The notes below the pieces were generated by a model, which was given only the letters and a program-made list of their open reading frames with translations, did not search any database and was not told where the DNA came from. A stretch of 64,000 nt of DNA from Utricularia gibba (taxonomy: Eukaryota > Plantae > Magnoliophyta), in contig NEEC01000013.1 in the NCBI GenBank assembly GCA_002189035.1, positions 1,302,001 through 1,366,000 of the forward strand. Direction: 5' to 3'. The translations under genes and the position numbers were made by a program. Shown piece by piece: positions 50,899 through 63,069 of this stretch (within the stretch, counting starts at the first letter, position 1; every line of letters begins with the position of its first letter).

Positions 50899-50943
50899 GA
50901 AGAAGAAGAAGAAGCAGAAGAAGAAGAAGAAGAAGAAGAAGAA
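50899..50943. repeat. (GAA)5 GCA (GAA)9 microsatellite, probably the CT-rich 5' UTR tract of the DRIP transcript
   Basis: Repeat read directly. The UTR assignment is an inference from orientation and position. Confidence 0.85.
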
Positions 50944-51946
50944 TTGCAACTGCTTGGTAGGTTACACCCAAGCAAAGAGTTGATCAAGAGAAGGGCAAGA
51001 AGCGAGCTCCACAGTCCAAGTTCCCAGTTGAGAAGAGTCTCCCAAGTAATTCTGATAGATTGTGTTATTCTCTGTATTTATCACACTTCACATCCATGTC
51101 TATAAAATATCAAAACTTAGCCAGTGTTCATTTCAAATTTAGAATGTAATTTAAATTATAAACTTAGTGTATGTTTGGTACATATTATAATTTGTATTTT
51201 TCATTATTTAGATGAAAAATTAATAATCCTGCACTGCATACGCACTTAGTTTTCATTTTTTTAAAACATTTTCATTCTAAAAAGTAACATATTATTCCAA
51301 AATGAACTAATTTATATTTATTCTTAGTCCTTCATTCTTATTTTGATAGTTTTTTTCAATCATCCCTTTTTTCTTTTTTATTTCAAATTCATTTCTTCAA
51401 ATTTCTTCTCAACTTTTTATTTATAGGGTTTAAATATTTCTAATGTTTTAGAGGGTTTTCTATAAACATTAAATAGTTTGCTAATGTTTTTTTGAAAAGC
51501 AATAAAAAGACAAGCACTGTGGATGGACACATCATCAAGGGCTCAACTTTTTTTTCTGTTTCCTTGTAATATATAGGATTTCAGGATTGGAATACTAAAT
51601 GTATTGTGTGAATTGTTATTTATATATTATTATAAAATACTTTTAATTTACAATCAATTTTTAAATTTTTTCATTTTAATTATTATTCTTAATTTACATT
51701 TTATTTTTATTTTTCAACAATATATTTTGAAAATGTACACAGCACTTAAATTTAAAAACAAGTGTTGTGGAGTACAGATGGACACGATTAATGTAAGAAA
51801 AACAAACAAACTTTATCTTGTTCCCCCCACGTGGCAGGATCTGGTTGGGTCTCTGCGGATGACAGGACATCCAGTGCTTCGTTCTAAATAAACATCTTTA
51901 CACCAGACAACAGCCGTATCCCAAGCCGGGCGAGATATCTCACCTC

Positions 51947-52393
51947 ATGGCCACCATCGCCGCCGCGTTCATCGCACGCGCAGCCGTCCTGCCCAGTTCG
52001 CCGGTGCTTGGTAAGATCAACTCGAAGGCGCAATGAGTTTATGGCTGGTTTTAACTCAAAACTCATTCATTGTCGATGACAGGGATGCCGGCGGTATCGA
52101 CCCGGAATGGCAAATTCTCATGCTGTATGAGGAGACAGGCACCGGAACGCCGAGGGAAGCTCGACATGACAGTGCCGTTGCTTGCTGCTGCAGCTGTGGT
52201 TGCCACATCGAGTCCCACCGCGGTGGCGCTGGTGGATGAACGGCTGAGCACGGAGGGCACAGGGCTGCCATTTGGGCTGAGCAACAACTTGCTGGTGTGG
52301 ATCCTCGTCGGTGTGTTTGGACTGATATGGTCTCTGTATATTGTTTACACCGGAACCCTTGAAGAGGATGAGGATTCCGGCCTCTCTCTTTAA
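51947..52393 (+). CDS. PSBW: Photosystem II reaction centre W protein, chloroplastic
   Basis: Exons 51947-52010 and 52083-52393. Bipartite transit peptide, then mature [37 protein letters not shown]...[10 protein letters not shown]. Confidence 0.96.
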
Positions 52394-52704
52394 AGATACT
52401 AAGCAATGCCACAGCCTTTGATGTTATTTCGAGTTCCCATAGCAAACCAGTGGCCTGATTGATTCAAATACGAATGTCGGCCGAATCTGGGCTGTGTGAA
52501 ATGATACTTGGAGACAGGCAGAAAAGCATAGGTGGGAGTAATAAGCCAGAGCCACGATTTAGAAATGTGAACACTATAAAAATGATCTGCAACAACAACC
52601 AACACTAGATGAAGAGAATGGGGTATGCTTGTGTCCTTGAAATATCACAAAATAACACAAGATTCTCGACTGCAGAAGATCCATAAAAGATGATAACAGT
52701 CTTT

Positions 52705-53610
52705 TCAAGGGTCAACCGTGGTTACCTGTTGCCATTCTCCATCAACTGCCTCTTTCCATAATGTCACAGTGTTTTTTCCATCCGCCACAGCAAGTATGTT
52801 TCCGGTAAGTGACCATGAAACCCGCCAAACAGGAACCCCGAAGTCGGCTAAGACTTTACCATTCCACTGATCTGCTTCCTTGAGTGCTGTCCAGATTATG
52901 ACTTTACCATCTTGTGAGCAACTCGCGATGGTAGATTTTGGAAGCCCCAAGTTTGGCGCCCAAGCTACATCGCGAACCCAATCGGTATGCATATTAAGGG
53001 CGGGGAAGCAATCCATCCTCCAAGCTCCATTCTCAAACTTCCAAACTTTTACAGTGTTATCACAGCCACCAGAAGATAACTTCTGCACAGGGTCTAGCAG
53101 ACCAGAACCCACAAGAGCACCAGGGGCGGTAGAAGGCGCCCATGAGACTGAAGTAACACCAATTGGATGAGCCTGTTCGATTCTCGATTTGTCCCATCCG
53201 CCATCAGACCTAGAAGTTAACACCGAGATGTTCCCATCCGAAGATCCACAGGCAAGGGTAAGGCCAATCTCATGAGGAGCCCAGCAAATAGAATTGACTG
53301 ACGCTTTATGTTCCTCAAATACGTAAGCCTGTACCCACTCATTCTGATTTCCTTCCTTCCATATGATAACCTTTCCATCATATGAACATGAGGCGAGAAG
53401 GGAACCAAACTTTGGATGCGCCCATGCAACTTGCCAAACTGGTCCTTGATGACCAACCAAAGTTGCTAGAGGCTGAGAGCTTGAGCTGCTGACTCCAATT
53501 ATCTTAATCGTGTTGTCTGAAGACGCTGTCGCCACGCGTTTACCATAATAGTCCATTTGCACATCATGAACAACATCTTGGTGCCCAGTTTCAATCTTTT
53601 GCCCAGGCAT
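52705..53610 (-). CDS. SEC13: Protein transport protein SEC13 (COPII coat / nucleoporin WD40 protein)
   Basis: MPGQKIETGHQDVVHDVQMDYYGKR, GHQGPVWQVAWAHPKFG, SGGCDNTVKVW and HTDWVRDVAWAPNLG. Intronless CDS with a leader intron (donor about 54174). Confidence 0.97.
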   Translation of the reverse strand: MPGQKIETGHQDVVHDVQMDYYGKRVATASSDNTIKIIGVSSSSSQPLATLVGHQGPVWQVAWAHPKFGSLLASCSYDGKVIIWKEGNQNEWVQAYVFEEHKASVNSICWAPHEIGLTLACGSSDGNISVLTSRSDGGWDKSRIEQAHPIGVTSVSWAPSTAPGALVGSGLLDPVQKLSSGGCDNTVKVWKFENGAWRMDCFPALNMHTDWVRDVAWAPNLGLPKSTIASCSQDGKVIIWTALKEADQWNGKVLADFGVPVWRVSWSLTGNILAVADGKNTVTLWKEAVDGEWQQVTTVDP

Positions 53611-53934
53611 GTTGTGCAAGAAACAAATCACTCCGAATCGAAACTTTTGAGATTGCGTTCACTTTTGATCCCGTATGAAATGGAAAAGATACTCTGGCCA
53701 AAAAATAACCGAAAGTCATCTCAGGCAGTAAAGAGTTATTACACTCATCCGAAAGAGAACATTTTTTTTGTATAATTTCAATAAAAGGGCCACACCGGAG
53801 CGAAAAAAAAGTTCTCATAGAGAAACGAACACAAATCCTGTCATATCCCCTTTATGAATATTACATTAGTTCATGGTATTCCGACCAAAAATTACACCAA
53901 ACTCTCCAATTACGATACAAACTAGAATTACCGA

Positions 53935-54919
53935 GCATATACTCTGACAAAAACGAAAGAAAGAATGAACACCATCATTCTGCGACCCTCCTTGTTCATT
54001 CACATTAACCCAGAATATTCGAGTCACTTTATCACATAAATTGTCACTGCAGTTCATACACATAAAATCCCAGATTTGATCTGTCCATTTTCTTTACAAC
54101 GAAAACTTCCACATAAAACAGCAGATATCCAACTCTTCACCATTCGAAAGCATTGCAAAACAATAAGCGATTACCTTGCCTGTGATCCTGGATTCGAAAA
54201 TTCACCGACCCTTCCCGTTCTTCTTCGTGATTTGTAGTGCCCTAATTTTGAAACAGATTTCTTACACATATTGATATTACACTTTAGACTAACATATTGC
54301 CTTAATTTCATTTCGACCCCTCTTCATTTGTAAAATTCTACATCTGGTGCGCTACGTGAGTGTTTTTAAACCCCGTTTAGGGATGGAACCGAAAACTCAA
54401 TGCTTTATAAGCTTTACTAAAAAATAAGTACAAAATCGAAATAAATTATATGATTTAAGATAAAATATAATTTATTTATTTAAATTTGAAATATTTAATA
54501 AATAAATTTAAATATATTAAAAAATTGTTAAATCCTCTTTGAACTCCATGCATCGGATTATGAACTTATGTTGGTCCGTTGTACTCATTTGTTTAATTTC
54601 TCGTAAACGTATGATTCGTATATTCATATTAAATAAATCTAGGGTTGATCCACTGGATACTGGAGGCAAATTCACTTTATGCCGATCGAAAGGTGTAAGC
54701 TTTCAGACATTATAATGTACATGGCTTTGTGAATCAACACATTCTCATCGTGTATATGCCTTTTTTTCCCCTTATGTATAATCGCGTGTAAATGTGAGAC
54801 TACAGGTGTTGGGTTGGTGTAGAGTTGAGACCCATCTCGTGATCTGTGTTGCAATGAAGGGTTGATCGAAATGTGTAAGCCTGTGACTGGAAGAACCGTT
54901 TCGCAGTGAAGGTATATTC
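53935..54919. promoter_or_regulatory. Cluster of five P1BS (GNATATNC) PHR1-binding elements
   Basis: GCATATAC 53935-53942, GAATATTC 54013-54020, GTATATTC 54618-54625, GTATATGC 54752-54759 and GTATATTC 54912-54919. The last three lie upstream of PHT1; the first two are in the SEC13 leader intron. Confidence 0.75.
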
Positions 54920-55272
54920 CGGAGGAAGATTCGTCTCGCTGCTTGAATAAATAACGCCCTCACCCGCCGCTTCTTGTTTCATCTCGAAAGCTTCTCCTCT
55001 TCCACAACGCCGGTTGAGCAGATTACCAGGTTGACGGGTGCGCTTTCTCTTTGGTTTTGTTTTCGTTCCAGAGTGAAAGTTCTGATCTTGTGCATGAATG
55101 AGGACGTGGGCCTTGTGCTGATATGGGTTTTCTTTTTTACTGATTTTGTCGTCGTGTGTGAGTGAGTTGTTGCCATATCTTCCTCTTTGATCACTGCCAT
55201 TGTCTATTTCTTAGGTTGCAAGATCCCACCTTTCTCGATCAATTTCATCGCAGACTGAGAGAACCAGACAAA

Positions 55273-56841
55273 ATGCCGGCGGAAAATTTGAGGGTGCTCA
55301 ACGCCCTCGACGTAGCGAAGACCCAATGGTACCATTTCACAGCAGTCGTGATTTCAGGGATGGGATTCTTCACAGATGCATATGATCTCTTCTGCATCTC
55401 CCTCGTCACAAAAATGTTGGGTCGGATATATTATCACGTTTCGGGTTCTCCTAAGCCCGGCAGCCTCCCACCAAACGTCTCAGCCACCATCAATGGAGTA
55501 GCACTCTGTGGAACTTTAGCAGGGCAACTGTTCTTCGGCTGGTTGGGGGATAAACTGGGAAGAAAGTCAGTTTATGGTGCAACCCTGATGTTGATGTGCA
55601 TTTGTTCCATTGCTTCAGGGCTGTCGTTTGGACATGATGCCAAGTCTGTAATGGCAACTCTTGCTTTCTTCAGATTCTGGCTTGGTTTTGGCATAGGTGG
55701 TGATTATCCTCTTTCTGCGACAATCATGTCTGAGTATGCTAACAAGAAGACTCGAGGGGCTTTTATAGCAGCAGTGTTTGCAATGCAGGGATTTGGGATC
55801 ATGGCTGGTGGGGTTTTTGCTATGAGCATTTCAGCTGCATTTGAAGCCAGGTTCAAGGCTCCTGCTTATGAGGATGATCCTGATGGATCAACAGTTCCAG
55901 AGGCAGACTACGTTTGGAGGATCATTCTGATGGCTGGTGCTCTCCCTGCGTTGCTTACCTTCTACTGGAGGCTGAAGATGCCGGAGACTGCTCGCTACAC
56001 CGCCCTCGTTGCAAAGGATGCGAAACGGGCTGCAGCAGAGATGTCTAAAGTTCTGCAGACAGAGATACAAATGGAAACAAAGGTTGTTCAGGAGGAGAAA
56101 AGCTATGGCCTGTTCTCTAAGGAATTTGCAAGGCGCCATGGATTGCACTTACTTGGAACCACAAGCACATGGCTGTTGCTGGACATTGCATTCTACAGTC
56201 AGAATCTCTTCCAGAAGGATATATTCACTGCCGTGGGATGGATCCCGCCGGCGAAAACGATGAATGCGATCGGAGAAGTGTACACAATTGCCAGAGCTCA
56301 AAGCTTGATTGCCATATGCAGCACTGTCCCTGGATACTGGTTCACAGTTGCCCTGATTGATGTCATCGGAAGGTTTGCCATTCAGATGGTGGGATTCTTC
56401 TTCATGACGGCGTTCATGTTTGTCCTAGCATTTGCATACCATCACTGGACGCTACCGGAGAACAGAATCGGGTTTGTAGTGACATACTCTCTGACGTTTT
56501 TCTTCGCCAACTTTGGACCAAATGCAACCACATTCGTTGTACCTGCTGAGATCTTCCCCGCCAGGCTGCGTTCGACTTGCCATGGGATATCAGCAGCCTC
56601 GGGGAAGCTGGGAGCCATCATCGGTGCCTTTGGGTTCCTGTATCTGGCTCAAGATAGGGATCCCACTAAGACTGATGCTGGTTATCCCCCTGGGATTGGG
56701 GTCAAGAACTCACTGATTGTTTTGGGTGCTATCAATCTTCTGGGAATGGTGTTAACTCTCTTGGTCCCTGAACCAAAGGGGAAGTCACTGGAGGATCTCT
56801 CTGGTGAAAACGAGGAGCAGACTGAGGAAGCTATGGCTTAA
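55273..56841 (+). CDS. PHT1: High-affinity phosphate:H+ symporter, PHT1 family
   Basis: [22 protein letters not shown], family signature [13 protein letters not shown], about 12 TM segments and C-terminal [13 protein letters not shown]. Intronless CDS with a 5' UTR intron (about 55030-55215). Confidence 0.97.
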   Translation: MPAENLRVLNALDVAKTQWYHFTAVVISGMGFFTDAYDLFCISLVTKMLGRIYYHVSGSPKPGSLPPNVSATINGVALCGTLAGQLFFGWLGDKLGRKSVYGATLMLMCICSIASGLSFGHDAKSVMATLAFFRFWLGFGIGGDYPLSATIMSEYANKKTRGAFIAAVFAMQGFGIMAGGVFAMSISAAFEARFKAPAYEDDPDGSTVPEADYVWRIILMAGALPALLTFYWRLKMPETARYTALVAKDAKRAAAEMSKVLQTEIQMETKVVQEEKSYGLFSKEFARRHGLHLLGTTSTWLLLDIAFYSQNLFQKDIFTAVGWIPPAKTMNAIGEVYTIARAQSLIAICSTVPGYWFTVALIDVIGRFAIQMVGFFFMTAFMFVLAFAYHHWTLPENRIGFVVTYSLTFFFANFGPNATTFVVPAEIFPARLRSTCHGISAASGKLGAIIGAFGFLYLAQDRDPTKTDAGYPPGIGVKNSLIVLGAINLLGMVLTLLVPEPKGKSLEDLSGENEEQTEEAMA

Positions 56842-57221
56842 AGGAAGGATCCCTTAGCATTATGTGCTCATGGGTGTGATCATCCCCATGTCTGCTCCTT
56901 TGACATATCTATATAATATATAAGAAGCACACGCTGATCACTTTTACCTCACTTATACCGATGTTGGTGCTCCTATGGTTAATCACTCCTCTGTCGTTAA
57001 TTAGAAGGGTACTGAAACAATAGAACATAGGAAAAGGCAGCTAACGTACAAGAGTTAATCATGGGGTACCGATGCTATTCATGATTAAATAACTGTACAA
57101 ACTATGATGGTTGTAATCCAGAGGGTGAGGGAAAGTACTTCAGAAAATGAGAAGAAAAAAGGGCTCCAGGTTACTCTTTATCATGGCTGTAACTATGGCG
57201 ATCATACCTGTTTAATGCTAT

Positions 57222-59519
57222 TTAGGCTTTACGTTTTGACGGCGAGAATTCGAGTTTTCCATCAGATTCCTTTCGTTTTTCTCTTGAAATCTGAAAACTT
57301 CCTCCTGCTCCACCATGTTCCTCAGCTTCCGTCTTACTTTTGAATTCTGTTGCATCCGAAATTTCATGATCCATGGAACTTTGTTCGTCTTCTCCCTTGG
57401 TGAAGTTGGCACCTGCCTTGCACTGCTTCTCAAACATCATCTGAAGATACCTGCCCTGTTCTTCGATTTGAAGTTGCAAGTTCCTTTGAATCTGCGGAGA
57501 CAAAATCGAATTAGGCGAAGTGCGTTCATCTTGGGTGAGCACCACAAAACGCAAACGAACCTCAAGCTGTTCATGAAGCCTCTTTTGGACTTCCATCTGC
57601 ATCCTCAGGGCTTCAGTGATTTCTAACCCACTGTTATAAAATCAAACAAATCTGATCAAGAGAACATATAAATGGTCGTACAGAGTTCCCTTGCATTTCA
57701 TATAAAATTGGAGGTCAAAGCTACATTTGAAGGTCATCAATGATAGATCTAGTGATGTTAGTGCTGAAGGGAATTTTGGGAAGTAGACACAATCAGCTGT
57801 GCACACTCAGGCTTTCCTAGACAGTTCTTCAAATATAGGATTAATACAGTCATTGATGGATGAGGTAATAAAACTTGGAGTATTCACTCACGTTTTCAGG
57901 TCCAGAGATGCAAATTCTTCAAGTGAGGGTGTTTTCCTCTCTGAGGAATCTGCAAAAGAAAATTTCATGCAGCACTTTCCTTAACACAGGCGAAACACAA
58001 AAATTTCAGAACCCGGAAATAGGAGTGTACACCCATAATTTAAAAGGAAAAGGTCCTCCAAATTCAATTAGAGTAAAATAACTGATGCAAACTACGGAAC
58101 CAAAGGAGAGGAAGGATATTTCGCAAACCACCAGGAATAAATGGAATGAGAGGGATAAACTTTTAGGATACTAAAAAGCAATTTTAATAGGCCATGCAAG
58201 CAAAGAAAGTGATATTAGCTGTGACTTCCTGTTTCTGTAAAAGAAAAACTCAAACCAAGAAATGTAGAAAATACCTTGATGAACTTGCCCTGTGCTTTCC
58301 GTTACTTCTGGTTTGTATCTGGCAGTGCGGTACTTCTATGATTCCAAATATGTTAAAGAATAAGCGCAAGTGCAGATCACACTAGATGAAAGCCAAGAAA
58401 ATTGTTCTACATCGCAAACCTGTAGATGACTTTTGACATGATAGATTGTTAAGCCATCAACATTCATTAGCTTCAGGACGCACTTCGGAGTTGCTTCTGT
58501 ATGCAAACAAGACTAAATAAAAAAACAAAAACACAAGAACTTCAAATTGAATAAATAAGAAATAATAAAAAAAGGACAGTGACTCACTTTCGCTTCCACC
58601 AAGTTTGTTAACAGCATCCACAAAAGCCTCATGAAGTTCAGGTGTCCATCGTATCCGCTGTTTTGTCGGCGCAGAATATGTGGAAGATGATGGACCAGAG
58701 GAACTGTAACTTTCCGTAGGTACAGATGGGAGTTGTGGCATTTCTGGCTGCGCATAGAAACTTGAGGGCCGTGAAGATGTTGAACCCAAAAGCTGCAATA
58801 TCAAAGTAGAGAAACCAAAAATGATCTTATTGCTGTTGATACACATAGCCATCAGGTAGAGAGAATAACTCTACCAGTGACCCTTCATCTGTGACCTCTG
58901 CCTCTGAAAGAAGATCACGCCATGTTGACGTCAAAGCATCAGTATCGGTGTCAGTGAAGAGTTCATTGGCCCACTGCTGCCAATCATTTTGCTTACTGAA
59001 ATCATCAGGAAGTGCTACGCCACCACCGTTACTACATCCAAATCCATCATTTTGGTTTGGTAAAACGGGAAAATCAGAGAGCACATCTGTACTCCATGAA
59101 TCATTATTGTGTTTGTGATGGCCACTGGATGCCATTGAATGAAAAACTCCGGAGCCAAAAGAATGAGGCAATACAGTTGAAGATCCATTATTTGCTGACT
59201 GAATAATTAAAGGGGGTTCCCATGGATGCCTTTCCTTCTTCTGGATGGGCAAAGGACGAAGATCATTAGAATGACCTGTGGACGGAAGCACCATAACTCT
59301 GGGAACTGCAGTATTTGAAGACAACGGCGAAGGGAACCCTAGGGATTGTTTCGAGACAAGAGTCTTCACAGAGGCTTGCTCAGGACATGACAAACTGGGA
59401 TACTTTTCTTCTCTATCCTGAATAACGGCCGCGGAAAACGGCAAACCTCCAGAGGGCCGGTAGTTACTCATTTGACTACCACCTGATCCTTGAATAGACA
59501 AAGCTGGCCTCGTTCCCAT
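57222..59519 (-). CDS. PHR1: PHR1/PHL MYB-CC (GARP + coiled-coil) phosphate-starvation transcription factor
   Basis: N-terminus [10 protein letters not shown] (PHR1-type), [39 protein letters not shown]...[14 protein letters not shown], and coiled coil [36 protein letters not shown]. Seven exons in frame. PHR1 vs PHL1 orthology is not resolved. Confidence 0.92.
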
Positions 59520-60629
59520 TCTTGATGAAAGTGCTAAAAAGTAGCAACCACTGGATAAAGGATATAGCATTACAGTAAGATTCATAAGCAGAGCACTAAC
59601 CAAAGCCTACGCTTATCAACATATCAGCATTAAAAGTTAGTTTCCCATCAAAGCTGTACACAAAAGCATAGAATCCCCTTGGAATCATGAAACCACAATA
59701 AATTTAATATACAGAACAGTAGAAATCGGGTGACCTAGCTTTGAAAAAATGAGAACTACGAAATGGAAAAGATGATAAATAATTTCCTCAAGCAAGACGG
59801 CGTACATGATGAATTCAGACCTCATCGGAAATTTCCATCAAGTGGTCTTCAGCAGTTCATGCGAAATAACGGACAAAAACCATCGATTCCCCAAATTCAT
59901 AAAATAAAATCTTCAAAAAACAAATACTTACGATCAAAATACACGGATGGACCATAAACTACACCAAAACAACCATCATCACGCATAAAATTTCACAAGG
60001 CAGAGCTAATGCATCAGAGTACAAAAAATCATAAAAAAAAGAATCGAAACGAAATCATAATCCCTCACCAAGAAATAAAAAAGGAATCAAAGCAACAATC
60101 GATGAAACAGTTCTCCTTCGATGAACAGAGCCAACGCCGACGCAACGGAAACTCAGGAACACGAACTTCGAAGATTAATCACCGGCGGCGGAATTAAGGT
60201 CCGGGGTGACGGCGGCGCCACCACACGAGGAGTCAAAGGAACAGAACATCAACCTTGCCGCTTTTTTGCGTTCGCTGAAGCTGCCGTTCTGAATCAACCT
60301 CTACCAATACTTTATTCGCAATAATATGTATATATCGACGATATATACACATATATTATTTGTGAACCGTATTAGGCCTGGGGTTTTTTTGCGGTATTTT
60401 GCTTTTTTTAAAGAAAATAAATAAATAAATCAAATCAAATCCTAATATAAAAATTCAATAAATTCTGGGCCAGGAATTTCAGCATTTTTTAAAAAGAAAA
60501 TACTACATTTGGTGGACCCCACGAAGGGGCTGAACCTTATTGAATACTCGAATTGGAAGTTTGCTGTTTCCACGCTAATCCTCTTAATTATCATCATAAT
60601 ACGGTGTTTAATTAAGCTGCTCTGTGTGT

Positions 60630-61235
60630 CTAGTTCTGCGGCTTGGTCTGAGGTTGCGCGAAATGGAAGTATTTGGCATCTCCACGCTGAGGGAACTCTG
60701 GGATCCCAGCGAGTTCTGGGTTTGCAGTGAAGCCAGAGAATGTGTTGCGCTTCCCCTCACTGTGATCCAAGTACTTCCATGGCGTCTGTTCCGCAGGTCT
60801 GTAGTGCTGATTTCTGAGCCATGAACGCTCCTCCTTCACATCCTGGTCAAAAAAGCCACCTTTTTGGGAAACCCATTCCGGTTGGAAACCTGGGAGCTCT
60901 CCATGGTTTTGATGGGCATTGATCCATGGGTAAGACTCTCTGCTTCCACCTTGGAAGAATCCATAACGCAGTTGCCTTGGTGGATCCACTGTTGGATCAG
61001 CTTCCCTGATCGCTCCCTCCTGGGAGCCTTCACCTGCCTTGGCTGGTAGAAAGACAGAACAAGCCTCCCATGTGAATCACATTGCAAAAGACACGTAGAA
61101 ACAGTAAAGAGGAACTAACTGACATGCATCCAGGGAGATGGAGGGCTCGGGGAGGTCCCTAGCGTTGACCTGTAAGGAAATGGCGAGAGCAGCAGCCAGA
61201 AAGAAGGTGATCAGTACGGCGAGCTTGGAAGCCAT
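60630..61235 (-). CDS. Unrecognised secreted protein, 174 aa, 2 exons
   Basis: Exon 61235-61124 encodes a clear signal peptide (MASKLAVLITFFLAAALAISLQVNA|RDLP). An 81-nt GT-AG intron (61123-61043) splices in frame to exon 61042-60630, which contains track ORF 60630..60989. Confidence 0.75.
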
Positions 61236-62048
61236 TGCTGTGCATGGAAGCAAGAATTGGCAGTAATGGATTTATAGAGGAGAAATGGTTTATCAGGGGG
61301 CCAGGGGGGTGTGAGCAGTTTGGTGATCAATTTCTACAGCAACCATCATTGAGGAACAAAGTCAAGTAATTAAGGCAATGATATCACATTATTCAGCCAA
61401 TCATTCAACTAATATGCGACATTTTCCTCGTGCAATAATAACCAAATAATTGCAGGAACACTAACAGTAGCCTGCTTCTTTTTGCTTTCTCACCATTTAA
61501 CCCAAGTATCTTAGATTCTCAACAGAAATTGAAGGAAAATCAAGCTCAAGTTTAAAAATTATTAATTTTTGGTATATTTTAGGGGCTGCAATAGCACAAG
61601 CTCGACATGGAATCCCTGCTGCTACAGAGTGCTTTTAAGTAAAAACAGAATGAATCAAGAATGGAATATATTCTCCTTCGTGGGCAGAGAATTAGAACAG
61701 AACATATCCATAATAAAGCACCTATTAATAAAGACCGAACGCAGGGGATTCTTCCATGGGATGGGTAAAGCCACCACCCAGATCTCACCGCAAGAGATAT
61801 CAGATGGGGGAATCTAATTATCAAAGGGAAAAGTAGACTATTTTCTGTCGGGAACCTGAATTTCGTTGAAAGAATATCAAATTTGAATCCAAAATATACT
61901 GCAATCTGAAATGGTTGCAACCAAACGAAGGCCAATATTCGATAACAGCACATCAGTGAAAGAAAGGACGCAACATGAAATCCTCGACATGAGTGATCGA
62001 AATAATCTCAGTGAAGCAACGTAGAGTCAAATTTACTAGATTCCGCTC

Positions 62049-62881
<833 letters not shown>

Positions 62882-62923
62882 CTCTACGTCCTCCGAATCT
62901 GAACAAAGAATCGAAAGCTTTTC

Positions 62924-63069
62924 TAGGGTTTATACGCCGCCACACTGCTAGGGTTTTTTCATGTCACTGCTTGGCCCAGGAAAACGGCCCAGTCCAATTA
63001 AAATGAAAATCTCCATTGGATTGATGGGCTCAATATTTCCATTTGGAACAAACCAATGCTCGGAACTCC
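62924..63069 (-). promoter_or_regulatory. Telo-box plus site II (TGGGCY) promoter module of RPL23
   Basis: AAACCCTA on the minus strand at 62924-62931 and 62949-62956; TGGGCC/T at about 62973, 62986, 63025 and 63063. This is the typical arrangement for plant ribosomal-protein genes. Confidence 0.75.

Noticed and set aside
54970-54980. CTTCTTGTTTC as a mycorrhizal MYCS/CTTC element near P1BS
   Set aside because: Imperfect match, apparently downstream of the TATA region. The transporter N-terminus looks like the general PHT1 type rather than the PT4 clade.
55162-55272. 37-aa extension of the PHT1 ORF
   Set aside because: GTG start inside the leader intron. The family N-terminus begins at MPAENL (55273).
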